DNA from: Phoronis australis | Taxonomy: Eukaryota; Animalia; Phoronida | Reading direction: 5' to 3' | DNA: 64,000 nucleotides | Assembly: GCA_002633005.1 (NCBI GenBank) | Contig: NMRA01000380.1 | Location: 369,131 to 433,130, forward strand | Part shown: positions 28,801 through 43,800 of the stretch, piece after piece | How the letters are laid out: every line of letters starts with the position of its first letter | How positions within the stretch are numbered: position 1 is the first letter of the stretch | Position numbers and translations under genes: made by a program | The notes under the pieces: model-generated | What the model saw: only the letters and a program-made list of their open reading frames with translations | Databases searched by the model: none | What the model was told of the DNA's origin: nothing

Positions 28801-31800
28801 ATGAGTCCAACTAATGAAAGATCCTAAGGCTGCTTATTTGTTCAATATCCCATAATACAAAAAATACAAATAAGCTGTAACTTCAGTGAGAAAATTGGAC
28901 ATAAATCAAATCCTTATCAAAATCGATTTAATGTCAATTCGATCAATTGTTGCACCATTAGCAATGACCTATAGGGGTAAACTATCCTAGCCACCTCGTG
29001 AACACAGTCAAAAAATCAGTTTTAATACAAAGTATGTATTTTTTGCCAAATTGCATTTTGGTCCCCGCAACTGATCTTCTCCATTTACGGAATTATTAGA
29101 CAAGAACATTTAAATGGCACTAAGTTTTAAGTATGAAAACTGAAAAAAGTAAAATCTTCATTAAGGGTAATGTCGGACCTCATAAACAAGACTATTTAGC
29201 CAAGTGTCGAAAAAACTCAGCATTAAAATATATTTCCTGTAGAATTGATCTCTGACTTTTAAATCTCATTGATTGGATCACATGACCACGTCTTTTGGTA
29301 AAATTTAGCACAAAAGAAAGGTTAATTGAGAGCCAACAACAGTGCTGTCAATCATATAAATGCTACAGTTTTCTAAATCACCATTTTTTTTGTTCTATGC
29401 AACTTTCGAATTTTTTCAAGAAAATTAGTCCCATTTTTGATAGCCACTAGTGTAAAACAACGTGAAGCATTTTAAAAACCATTCTTAACAACGTTTTGGA
29501 AAACAGTGGATAAAACAGTTCTGAACCTGAAAGTTTCATACGTATAAATTGGGAGTTTCTAAGATATGATGTTCTGATGTTGGCCAAATTTGGAGTGTTT
29601 TCTAGGGTCCTATACAATCTTAACCTGACTGAGAACAATAAACTAAGCTGTTGGAAATACAGAGGACAATACAAAGCTACTTCTACGTTTATCAGAGTTG
29701 TTGAATACAACGGTAAAAAAGGATAATGTAAAATCTCACCAATGTCGGACAAAATAATTGCCAAAATTGACGGTTTTTAATTTTTGACGGCTTCTAACGT
29801 TCTTGGGAAAGCCCAGAATGTCTCAAAACATTGTCAGATGGTAGCTATTGTATAGAACTTATGAATGCTCAAGTTTTCATTTCATGCAACTTATTTACGA
29901 AAAATATAAAAAATAGTTAAAGTTTCACGTGTCTGCCATATTGTGTCCTAAATTGGTGAGAGTTTATCGTAAGCAAAACAACTTTCAGTTCCACATTTTA
30001 TACTCCAAGGACTCTAAACTAAGAACCCAACACAAAAAAATTATGACAAATGGTGACAACAACAGCATCCTGTTCAGAAACAATAATACTGGGGGGTGGG
30101 CGGGTGCTTTCAAAATTATATTTATTCTCCTAAGCAGTTCACTTTATCTAAAGCCAAGTCTTTGAAACATGACTACAGTGTGCATCTATATCCTTCACTC
30201 TTCCTGACAGCTCACCTTATCAGAAGACAAGTTGCAGAGAAGGGCATAGTAAAACTTGGAGCGATCCCGTATCTCAACATCCTGGAACTTGGTGAACATG
30301 GCAAATAATAGGCTCCCTAAAGCTGCAAAAATAAACAAATAACTAAGTCAATAAGCCCCGCTCAAGATGAATACCTTGCACCTTATAAACAATAACATCC
30401 CTGGGCACGGTGGCTGTGTATGACGTCAACTCCCCGAGACATCCTGTCTGCTGTAGTGAAAGAAACACTGATACTGTTTAAGTGCTGATTTGATGATTTA
30501 CGTACTAGCATTGCATTTGGCTGGGCACACTCCAGAAACAATAACTAAAAGATTACAGTCAACACAGAACAATGATGTGACTTTTTGGCCAGCAATTAAT
30601 CATTTTAACTGGAACACTATGAGGCTTCAGCTGCAAATCTTCACAAACTCGTCAAAGACTCCGGCCTTCTTCAAAATGACTACCTGCTCATTTAAGACAT
30701 CTGTGCGGTGTTAATAGTGTTAACGATAAAGCAGCACAGTAAAATCCGACCTACTGTAATCTTATAACTATTTTAGCTCACAATATGGTTGACGAGTGAA
30801 ATCTAATTTCTTGCCAAAATTTTCAAAAAATAGGCGTGGTTTATTGTATGCTATGTAGACCTCATAAAAGAATGTTTACAAAGTCTCCATTTTTTTGTAT
30901 TCGGTAACCAGCCTTTGAAAAATGGAAAATGGCAATTTTGACAATTATTTCATGTGAAATAGGTGTAGAATTATTGCATTTACTGCGGCATTGTACGGAG
31001 TATTAGGGCAAAGTACTGTTTAACTACAACAAATGAAACAGTAAATCAAGCACATATCGGTTTGTTTCTAAAATAAGACTTCCATATCATAACCAGTAAA
31101 AACTGACATCAATAGTAGGCCTACAATGGACTGGTGTAGAATAACATCATCACTATGATTAGTGGAAGTTGCTCTAGGGTAGGTTGTGTGTGGACAGGAC
31201 TTATGGTACTATTCTATTGATTGGTATACCGTACTCGTCCGGGTTACCGCCCGCACCCCAAATTTCCAAAGTTTCACTTTTAAACGCTCATGCTTCCCTC
31301 AGTTAACGCTCAATTTGTACGATCGACACGTCCTTGAAACTTGAAAGCACTAGTGTCTTTGTGAATGCCCATCTCGCGCAAATTTTAGCTAAAAAAAACA
31401 TGCCATCACTCCATTTTGGATGTTAAGCCCATTGCTACATTGACTACATTCCGCCGATGTGAAGTCAGGCGTAATTGTAGCTCAATGGGCGTTAACCCAA
31501 TGGACCGTTCGGGTAAGTGCCCACCACTGACTTCTCAAAAGCCCATGCTGGACTTAACGCCCCGGCACTCCCTAGTTTTGAGTTGCCCAATTTAAGTGCT
31601 CTGGGTGTTAATCCAGATGAGTATACAGTATCATAAAGCTGCCCCATAGGAAGTAGTGTTGGTACCTTCAGAAACTACTTTACCCTGTCCAGCTAAGCTG
31701 AGCACAGTCTAACAATGGTTTATAGTATTCTGGTGTTGGGCACGTGACAAACCATAGGATAATGAGGTGTGTGTATACCATGGTTTGAAACCTACACTAG

Positions 31801-34800
31801 TGAGCGTGGAATGAATTAAAGAATAAAATGAAAGGCAAGAAGGTGAAGCTCTCTAATTTCAGTTAATGCTTACGAGGGATATTCTACCGTCGACGCAGAA
31901 GGCATGTTATATGACGTTTATCTAACTAATGAAGAAATATAAAAAAATGAAGACCATTTAAGATAACTTTTCTGACTGTAATATTCATGTATTTTACAAA
32001 CAGGCAAATTCAACTGCGAATTATTTTGTTCATGGTACAATTGAATGCATGGGAGATTAGTCTCAATCAAGAGCAGTTTTGTTCATCATGGAATACTATC
32101 GGAAAATTACAGAGGATAAATTAACCCACTTTTCAGATTTCGCTCTTATGAGCAGCGATGGTTATGCAATACAAGGAAAATCTCGACAAATAGGTATACG
32201 AGACAATACCGAATGATGAAAGTTCAATTATAACCAAGTCATAACCGAGACTATCCTCAATTTCCTTCTTATCATTCACATGCTGTTTATGTAGGAGTTT
32301 CGAAAATTATTTATTACACACATTTTCAGGACACCTGAGATACTTCACAATATAAGGCATCACAGAAGGTAACAGACAGTGACAAGATAATGTTACCAGC
32401 AAACTCAATCAAAAGTTGAAAACATTCCCCTCAGCGCCTGGCTCTAATATACCTCCCTGAGTTGCTTTTGAAGTTCACACACAGTCCAAGTGGTAGTGTT
32501 TGTACTACTAATCCTGTTATAAACATAGCAGCATAACCTCACAAACTCAATTAATATCATTCCAACTGTAATGTATAATTGCCAAGCCTAAAACTGTAAT
32601 GTTTAATTGCCAAGCCTAAAACTGTAATGTTTACTTGCCAAGCCTAAAACTGTAATGTTTAATTACATGCTTCAAGAGACAAATCGGTCAATTATCTTCC
32701 AAACCTGAGGGGACATCCCAACTGGGGTTGGTAATTAGCTCTCACAGCAAATATCTTGGATGGATGTTTTGTCTTTTTCTGTAATAAGGTGATTGGGGGG
32801 TAGGGTGTTGCATTGGTGGTAGAATCAGACAAGGGGTGTTCAGTTTCCCCTCTTTTTGTTAGTTTTAAGCATGCGAATTACACATAAAAATGTGTTTAAT
32901 AGTTTTTCTGTGTGTTTGTTTATAAAAAGTCCCCAGAAAGTCTGAAGGAAGAATGTGAGATCAATTATTATGATGGATATTTATTTATTCAAGACTAAGA
33001 CAGCCAGGCTTAATGATTGTTTTCATTTTGGGACTGTAGGAGAAAACCAATAAACAATATGTGGGCTGACTTGCAGGTTGGAACTTAGTGTGTATTGAGA
33101 CATGTTTAAAACGCATTAAAGGTGATATCTGCTATGGTTTTTTCACAAAACCATTTCTGTAATAGAACAGAAATAGTATCAACACAGATAACATTGTGAA
33201 TACCGATAAGACATGAAGTATGTGAATCTAGTTTGCAAAGAGATCAGATGTTCTCTTTGGGGTGTGAAAATGTTCCACTCTTCAGAGTACACTTTTGAGT
33301 CGAGTTCACTGCTGTCAAAATAATTCTAAAAGTGACTTTTTTCAACAAGAAAAATCTAGAATTATTTAGAACTAAAATTTCTACTCACTTCTGCCAAACT
33401 TTGCACTGGAAACTATTGCACAGAGAATAAATTAATGTTTTAGAGCATACCAGTTTGATACCAGCAGTTTCAGGTAACTTAAGTAGTGTTCGCATGTGAA
33501 ATTTGGTAAAATAAATCCCAGTATTTTTTCAGGTAAATTTTTACTAAGAAGATTTTTTGCATTGTGACTCAGATTTGCTGGCATTCAGAGTTCCATAGAA
33601 TTTGTATTAAAATTTATTCAGTGATCATGGTTTGTTAACTCAATTAAAATTCCAAGTCAGACTGTTCTTGACCAATGGCAGCATAATTCTTCCAATTTAT
33701 TCAATTAGCAAACGGATCTCGCTCATGGCACAGTCCTCGCAGATCTCTGACAAGGCAATGTTCATGGTCTGCCAACTGAGGCTACAGAACTTACTGGGAT
33801 TCTCCATTACAAGGGGACACGACAAATTATAGAAAATAACTCTTGTCAAGATTCCTGCGAAATTTCTAGGATACTGATTTACACAGGAATGCCGCTTTGA
33901 CATCCTCTGCAACATTCAAATGAATTGTCTAAAAACAGACTGGCAGACATTTGCTAGCTCAACCAACATTTATGCATGCATTGTCAACATTCCCCATAAA
34001 CATGGATTGATGACTACACACACAGCTAATTATATCACAGCAGTCAACCAGTCACCAACGGCAACTGAAATCCCCCATAGGGAACCTCACAACTAAACCT
34101 CATCACAGACCTAACAGGCTAACTTTTGATACTTGCTTAGCATAAGGATGCCTGGGGATAACTGCTGGCTTCGTTCATAATTTGAAGAAAAATAGTTGCA
34201 TTACTACTGGACAATGAAGACTTCTACGCGGCGGTGTATCGTGGGAATAGTGGCAACTTTAATTCTCGCCGGTTGCATGTTGGTGATGCCTTTATATTTC
34301 TTGTTTGAACACACAGAACAGGAGGATCGTATGGCAGGTAGGTATGGTACGGCATTGTAGAGCTAAGCCGATTAGGTACAGTTATCTTTCACCTATTTCT
34401 TACCCACAATATGGCAAAAAAGTGAATTTGTCATATTTCTCACATAATCATGATTTTTTTCTTTTTTAGTAGGGTTTATAGCAATTGGCATAAATCCAAC
34501 TTTTGATTACCTGTAGCAAGGTAAACTGAGCTTTGGAAAATTGATCATTCTGGAAATAATTTTTGTGCAAAGCAACAGAGGGTTTACAGCAGTAATTATC
34601 CGGGGCAAGTGTACAGGGAGAACAGAGGGACTCTGTCCCTTCCTCTGTGACTCTGAAAACTTGTATGCACCATGTACAACAGCCAGAGCATCACAGACAA
34701 TACAGTTGCAACTACAATATTTTCTTATGGAAAGGCTACAAGGCACCACTCTCTTCCAGTGCACAACTCAGCTTCCAATAAGTGAGTAGACGAGGTACTT

Positions 34801-37800
34801 GCCGGAAGTAAAATGCGCATAACAACAGGCACCGCTAGTGAATGGTGATGTCGCTGCTTGCACGCAAGGTCAGAGATTTTGTGCATTGAGAATATACAAA
34901 GTTGGTGGTCCATGTACCATAGAATACCCTTGGATTTAATAACTTTATCTAAAATCCTATCAGCCAATAACAGACAGGACAGTTGTTTCCTCTTGTTGCT
35001 GACCTCACCTTCACTCCATATATGGTGATGCCAAAATCCGCCACTTACAAAGTTCAGAGTCATGCAATCCTCTGAACAATATGCATCCAAAATTTGACAG
35101 GATTTCTGAACCTCTGTCTGATTTACAAGAAATTCAGGATATAATCGTATAAATGCAAAAAAGGCATTTCTGCCTAAATTAATTAAAAGTTTGATTGAGC
35201 TAGTTTTGTAATAGTACAAATGTCAGATGAAACTATCGATTCATTCGTTTCTTATACAAATCAACATGATCACAAAAATAATCTTTAACTTATAAAAAAT
35301 ACTGAACTTAAATTCTGTATTTGTCTCGACAATGAAACCAACCTTGAAGACCAAAATATATTCCAACTATTGGTGGAGTATTTCATTCATTCCAACAAAT
35401 AACATGCAACTACATTTATTAGTTAACTTCTACAATAGTTGTTATTGATAAAAATATATCTTTTTTACAAACAACACTAAAATCAAAATTTTCCCTTATG
35501 AACTATCACACTATCTGGTGACAAATTCTTTATGGAAACTTTTGCCTCACATGTGAATAATTAAGTACATCATTTTTCCCAGTTAATGACAAGAGTACAA
35601 GTTACAAAGTACTATACAGAACAGCAATTATCTCCCCCGCCCGTCACTCTCAAACAGGTATCACATAAATACACATCCTACTCTGTAAAACACACCTGAC
35701 AGGAGCATGTTACAGGCATCAGTTTAGCGCCACACAAATATGGCAGCTTATTTTTATCACTGTGTGGAATGTAGTTGGTGCATAGCATGTAGCATTATTC
35801 CATAAACAGAAGGTCAGAGGTTTCATATTAAGAAGGGAATTCAATTTATGGTACAATATCATCAACTTATGACATGATATGTTAGACACGTGACTTATTT
35901 TTTTCAGTTTTTGGTCATTAAAGATAAGTTGCATCGAATAAATGCTTATCATTTTAAAGTACTCCACATACCTGCCAACAGACAATGTTTTGAGAAATTG
36001 TGGGAATCCACAACAAAGTCAAAAACCTATAAAAAATGAAAAAAGATCAATTTTGTCAATTGTTTTTGTCTGAAACTGGTGATATTTTGCCATGCCAAGG
36101 CAATTAACTGTAAAAAAGTCGGTCTGTGTTCAGTCCCTAAATTGAGTTACAAGCATGTCCTTTGATCAATACTGCTTGCAGTTGACTGTGTATGTATTAG
36201 GTTATCCAGCATCTCGCACTAATAACTTTACTATGCTATCCACTGAAAACGATAGCAGCCTATGAAGGTTATTCATTTAATTGGGTGATTTTTAATAAAA
36301 GCAAGATATTTGTTGCATCCTTGATAGAGGTTTACAGCAAAAAATATTTTAATCACGTCCTTATCTTTGATTTGAGGCTATTCGAAAATAGCAGTATTGT
36401 CAATCCTATGAGAGTTAAAACAAGTTTGCATACAACTAAGTTGTAAGTTGTAAGTATGCTGGTAGTGAACATTAACAAGAATTGAAGTGTTCCAGACGAC
36501 CCACGACCCACGACCCACCCAGGCTGGAAATGCTAAGTGAAAAGTCAACAACTTGTGATTGTTAAGAAAACAATTGACAAAAGGCATGTCGTTGGCGGAT
36601 TGTTCAAAACGAATGCACTCAATCTGGTGATAACACCAAGTGATTGGCTTCACTCTGAGTCTTGGTTCACGCCAAAGGCAAATTAAATAGAATCGGGATA
36701 AAAATAAAGTAAACACACATACAAAAAGGAACGGTGCTTAAAATACCAAAAACACTTTGTACACTCAAGTTTTAATATCTTTGTCTGTTTTTTTTAGAAT
36801 GAGAGGTCTATGGGGTCATCCTTTGCTATCAAGACCAATGCTTTTAACTAAACAAAACAAAACAATAACACAACAGCCTCTATATGCTAAAAATTTTATG
36901 TTATGATTTTTATGCAAAATTCATTGACCACTTTACTCATAGTCCAGTGTCCGATTACATAAACAGTTCCAAATAGGGACTAGACTAAGTTCCCTGAATC
37001 TTTTGCGTATTTGGTTTGTTTTCTACTCACAAATGTGTTATTGTTTCAATCATTTTATCTTTATTATGAGCTCTTCTTTGACTAATGACATTTCCCAATA
37101 ATATAACTAACAAGAGCAACGTGTAGCCCACGAATGCATCGCAAATGGTGTGCTCTTAGGGTTATTTACATGGATTTGTATCATAAAAATGGCCACTAGA
37201 TGGCGCAAAAACGTACAAACCATTCAAAAACGGGAACATGCCATATTTCATAAAAATGTGTCAAGGAATTTCAGAGAAACAAAGGAAAACAGATTAAAAT
37301 GAAATTGCCACTTGTGGGTACAGCGTCCGTTGGATCCGCCTGAACGTCGTCTGTTGTTATCTTCATATAAATACTCTTACTAAATTTAATAAAGATCCTG
37401 CAGTGGATTTAGAAGATATAGCTATAGGGCCAAAACAAAACAAAGCTACCACTAGGAGGTGCCACAGTAGTCAGTCGCCAACCATCAAATGTCCTCTTCA
37501 CGCTGAAAACATATACGCCAATTTTCAAATCCATCCCTAGAATGATTTGGTTGATAGAGGGGTGGACACCAAAAACAAGATTTGAAAACAGCAAAAATAG
37601 CCACCAGGTGGCGCAAAATACCTAGATTCCATCCAAAAACAGGAGGATAGCGTCATCTCATCAATAGATGTCTATATTCAAAACTTTATGAAAATCTGTT
37701 GAGAAGATACAGACTGGTAAACATAAAAAACTAAAATTGCCACTAGGGGGCACACCAGTAGCAGATTTGTGCGAAAGTCGTCATCGTCCGTTGTCAACAT

Positions 37801-40800
37801 CATATAAATACACTTGCTAAATAAATTAGTAAAGATTCTGCAAACGGTTTAGGAGATAGTCATGAGCGCAAAAAAAAACAAAACTGTCAGTAGGAGGCGC
37901 CACAGTAGTCAAAAGTTGTAGGAAAATCATCGTCAGCCGTGCTCTTCATAGTAAAAACATACATGCCAATTTTCCCAATTATCCTGAAAGCGGCTTCGTT
38001 GATAGATGAGTGGACGCCAAAAAACAGTAAAAATGGCCACTAGGTGGTGCAAACTAGGTCGAATTCATCTGAAAATGGAGAGATAGCGTAACCTCATTAA
38101 TAGACGCCTGTATGCCAAATTTTATGAAAATACGTTGAGGACCTTTGAACAGAGGTAATCGTAAAAATAATAAAATTGCCACTAGGTGGCACACCAGTAG
38201 TCAGGTCTGTCCCAGAGTCGTCATCCTCCATCACTAACATCATATAAATACACTTACTCAATTTAGTAAAGATCCTGCAAACGGTTTAGGACATACAGCC
38301 ATAGGCGCAAAAAAACAAAACTGTCACTAGGAGGCGCCACAGTAGTCAAAGTCATCGGAAAATCATCGTCAGCCGTCCACTTCATAGTAACATACATGCC
38401 AATTTTCACAATCATCCTTTGAGCGGTTTGGTTGATAGAGGGGTGGACAACAAGAAGCGGACTCGAAAACAGTAACAATGGCCACTAGGTGGTGCAAACT
38501 ACGTCGAATCCATCTGAAAACGAGAGGATAGCGCCATCTTACTAATAGGTACCTATATACCAAGTTTTATGACAATCCGTTGGGGACTTTTGACGATACA
38601 GAGGTAAACGTTAAGAACTAAAATTGCCACTAGGAAACACACAAGTAGTCAGATCCATCCAAAAGTTCACTCATGCCGTGGGCGCATAAAAACTGAGCCA
38701 GTAATTCAATCAAAATAATTAGGGACTTAATCCTAAAATTAGGGGCGTTGCACGAAAAGGTCCCTTAGCTACTTATTTCCAATGATATCCAACATAGTGT
38801 TCACTTTTAATTTGTATCAACGCATAACATCGACTTAGTAATGAGACTCAAACAGCATAAGAAAGGACAATCGGTGTTTTCACAAGTCCACAAATAGGCA
38901 GTAGATTTAGGGAACATAGTCGAGTCCCTATTTGGGACTGTTTCATGCAACCGGACACAGGAGTCTGTTCCATGAGAAGTGACTTAAGACTTAAGTCAAA
39001 CATTTTATCACGTTCCCACTTCACACTAGTTGCAGAGTTTATCCCTGCAGTTCCTAGCGCATCACAACCTTGAAATAATTAACATAATTTACCTCTAGTC
39101 AGTACTTAGCTGTTATGCATATATTCTCAGACTTTTTAATTTTGCTGAAGTGAGATTTAATTATTTTTCAAAAGTAGTTGTGTGGAGCGGAAGAACAAGT
39201 TTCCGACTTGATTCCTAAGTCGCTTTTCACAAAACAGGCCCATGACATCGTATGCCAAATGGTGTGTAAGAAATTGTCTCACCGCAACACGCGGAATACA
39301 CGATAAATCCAGTCAAAAAGTGATGAGAGGGTTTCCCATCATTCCTTACAGTGGAGAGCGGCCATAGGCATCACTTTTATTTGACTAGTAAAACATTCTA
39401 TGGAATGAACATTCATTGATGTCTTTAATTGAATAATTTCAGAAACAACAACAACAACCACAGAGAGCAAGACATTTAAATCTTCTACAGAAAACAAGAT
39501 GGCTGTTAATCAGACAGACGTGTTCACTGTAGTACCACTACCTCACGAATCTTCCTCATCACTGATCAACTTGCTTAAAACGAGCACAGAAACTGGGATA
39601 GTGTATATGACCGCAAACAGTGAGGACAATTCAGAATCACTGACAAGCACTGAAGGAAAACCAACCTCCATTAGCGACAGAACAAGGACAGTGACTGATG
39701 ATTTGTGGTTACGACGGCTGATCACCACAACTGAGATCCCGGGCGGTAATTCACCAAACACTGTAGAGTCAACAGTTATGGTCACAAACTAACGCCGATG
39801 ATATCCAAACTCCTTCAGTTAACATCAGCACGGAGGTCATATCATTACATTAAGACTACGTCCATAAGACTCCAAGATCATGCCTGTAATTGGCACTTTT
39901 TGAGTCAACCTTGTGAACGTGAAGGAGATTTGTTGGGGTTGTAACTTAAGACAAAATTGTTGGCAACAGATAATGAATTAAAAAGTAAAATGAAACTCCA
40001 AACTTTAACATAAGAAATGTGTCCAACTGTGTAGCAGCTTTGGAGCAGGAAACAGTCGTTAACTTATTTGAGATGCATGTATTCATTTTTTCGCAAACCT
40101 CCCAAGCTGTAATAAAAGCACACACAAAATCTGGAATGAGATTTGGGGGGCCTAAGTTTGAGATAAAGAAAACTAACGTGTTATTGATCAAAACATATCA
40201 ATCAAGTCAGTAAATTTTGTGACATAATATTTTTGTAATCAAAAGACCTGCGTCACACATGTTTACATTAGTTACAAGAGCAGTCTGTTTCAGAGAATGG
40301 ATTCGAGTTTAACAGCAAGTCACAGATTGTCACACCTGAAAAACTTCCAACTCGCATTTGTTAATAAAGCATGGTTACAAGTTTTGTTTTTATTAATACA
40401 TTTATCAACCCAGATATCGTATTATTAATGATTAGTGGATATGGCTGGGGTTGGGTGGCCCCAGCTACATACCCTTACGACAAAAAACGATACATTATAC
40501 ACAACAAATATGTATTTTCAAAACAACTCATGGTGATTGAACGGATAATCAGCATGAGATTATTATAAAAGGTGGAGAAAAAGGGGGAGGGGGAATGACC
40601 TTAATACACTCGTTCACACTCATATTTACTCACAGTCATGGTTCCAAGTGATCGGTTCAATTGGGGCCATCTGAGCGGCCTGCGCACATGTGGTGCACAA
40701 CATGTACCAAACCGCCTGCAATTACTTGTTTTTAAATGTAAACATTTCAGTGATTAGGAGAGTATTGTTCAGTGGGAACATTTTTAAAATTTGGTCTTGG

Positions 40801-43800
40801 ATCGAAGTTAACAGTTTACTTGGCAACAAACAAACGGATTTCAAATGAGTGAAGAGTCAACACATCACTTCAGAAGTATCACTCCACTTCCGTGACAATC
40901 AAAACTATCGGCAGGGGTCACTGCTGTGACATTGTTACGACATATTACGCCACCTTGTGATAATTTCGATGACGAAACCGTCACCCAGCCATAACTTCAA
41001 AGTCTGTTCATAACCCAAGCTACTGGGAACATTCAAGTTAGTTTGGCAGTTGTCGGAGTGCCAATATCGGATTTCACTGGATGGGAAAAGGCTCTCAAAC
41101 TCGCGATATATTTGTTAATCCTTAAAAGAACAAAAAAGCTGACAAGAGGCATAACAAAGATAAATAAAATGACAGATATGTCATTAACACTGATGAGAAA
41201 TGACCAGTCCCAAAATTTAGTGGTCATTTTCATTGATATGTCTCTTGGCGATCTACTCAAATGCTTTTCTTTGGAGGATTGAGAAATATACCGAAAGTTT
41301 GAGAGATTTTCCGTCAAAAATAGTGAACAGACACTTTGAGTGTTTAACCAAATTCGTTGACATTTTACTGAATTTATGCAGAAAATGTACCTTTGTGAAA
41401 TGGCCTGGTGTCCTGGTAGGCCAGGATACTCTTACATATGGCAAGCAGTTCACTTCCTGTCTTCCAGTCACCATGGTAACACAAAACTGTGTCACACAAC
41501 AGCTTTTGCAGAAAGTAGATTGTTGCCTAAAGAACACAATAGATGGAACCACCTTCAAGAATTGCACCACAATGACACAAAGGCAACATGCAGTAATTAT
41601 GAGTGGCGAGCAATTAAATGTGTTTGGAAGATGCACAAAATGTGAGCCTCAACAACTGTAGTATTCATGATCCACTCAAGCCATGTCAAGGTAAAACATC
41701 TCATACAAGGCGCAGAAGTAAATAAAAATAAATTTATTTCCATCAGTGAACTTTGAGAACTCACATAGGTTTACTATCAAAATATTCTTGTTACATAAGT
41801 TTCACTATGAGACAATTTTGACGACTAAGTGAAATTCTATCAATTTTTTGAAACTCAAGATACCATTATCTAACAATGAGTATCCTTTTTGATTGACTTT
41901 CTAAATGTATTTGACAGCATGTGCTTAGGCACATTTTCCAACAGTGTTTCTGTTCTGCCAAAAGCTTCCAAATGATTTAGAGTTATCAAAGTGGATTTTC
42001 AAAAATACAAAGCAGTTAGCGAAGTTGCTTGTTACACAATACAGTAAGTTACTTTCCTACTCTTATGAAAATTACAAAAATTTCTAAATGCTAAAAATCT
42101 CGTTACTATTGTCCAATAAACTATTTGTTTCTTTTTTATAAATTTCTCACCAAAGGATGAATCTTTGGCTCTTGTGAGGCCCTCTCTAGCACGGGGAGGT
42201 AAAAATGTGTAACCTGTACAGCATCACCTGGGGCTGTACTAATAATGTGCTTCACTAATCTCCGCAGCGTCTGTAGAGGTAATGCACTGGAGAACAAAAA
42301 ATGCACTCACTCCATTACAAAGATCAAATATGACATCATCAAACTCCGTATATGGCAGTTCTCTACTTTTTGCACTCAAAAATTGTCAATTACACAATTT
42401 TAATTTTCATAGACTGATTATCCCGCTACTTTAGAGGACTAAAATGTTCTTAATCTTTATTTTTGAGGAGGAAATTGACAAAATAGAATTCCACTTGTCG
42501 ACCATATTGGATGCTAAATGAGAGAACAATTACCATAGTCTCTAATCACTGCCTCAGGTGTTTAGAAAACTCAATCTAACACAGGCATGTAGTTGTTACT
42601 GGTTAAAAATGTGTTTGAAGAATCGATCCACATCCGTTCCAAATTGTAGCCATGATGTCACAAAAGTTGTCTTCATGTGTAGGTTATTTACAGATTACAT
42701 TACACAGGGACAAGATTTAACACAGCTCCTTAAATTTAGAATGTGACATACAGTACAAGCCCGAAGTAATCAGACGCAATACCATTTTCCCACCACTGAG
42801 GCCAATTCTGTTAGGAAAAATGGCTGGTAATAACTATTACGCGGACTAAATTCTTATTGCAGAATTGCTTAGCCACTTTACTAGCTATCTTGTTACGTCC
42901 CCTTCATACTCAGCCATGAGGGAAGACTGCTGATTATGAATAAGACTTCCACCCAGCCATCAGGATGGGGAATTGTGGTTAATTTTGTCTGAATACTTTT
43001 AACTTGTACTGTAGTGGATCAGTTAAAATTTCACAGTAAAAATAAATAAGGAATAGCACACAGTTATATGCAATCAGTCAATACATCTGCAATTGTGAAC
43101 ATTTCACCAATAAATATGGCCTGTGGCCACCAAACCTTATCCTGACATTTAAATTACTCATAATTTTTCTTCAAACTTTACTTCTATGAGTACTGGTAAT
43201 ACTCAAGAAATGGAGACCCCCAAAACTACTCCAGTTCCCTCAAGGTATATTCAGATTCAAGAACTATTTTCTCGAGTTACTATGGAAATCTTTGGTGCAA
43301 CAAAACAAGAAAAATAAAATTTAAGCTCATTTTTAGATGAAGCGCGCCCCACAATCCCGTTAAAAATTTTGTTTGAAGTTTCCAGTAAAAGGAGATGTGA
43401 AAAACATCACTGTCGTCTGCAAACTTTTCAAATAAGAGTTCAGGGTAGGGTCTTGTTTATCTAATGACTGTAATTTGATTAAATATATTCGCATTGCAGT
43501 GTATAAGGTGAATGTAAAAATCCTATTATATATTGAGTAATAGAGTTCAAACCATCACCAAATGTTGATATGAACACTCCATGTGCATCACATATTGCAG
43601 ATAAAGGGGATGATTACTATTTCAAACAATCTCAGTTAAGGGAAAGATGCAAGTAAACTTAAAATAGCCCTATGGGATGCATACGAATTCAGCAATGCTC
43701 TCCACAATAGGAACACACCTGTCAAGATCGTAAAAAATAACTGGCACTAGGGGGCACAGTGGCAGTCAGATTCATCCAAAAGTCGTCAACTGATGTCACA

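Noticed and set aside
33697-33915. ORF with SWQTMNIAL as an AP5B1 exon
   Set aside because: No clean donor or phase fit; that part of the protein is better explained by 35972-36026 and 35049-35117
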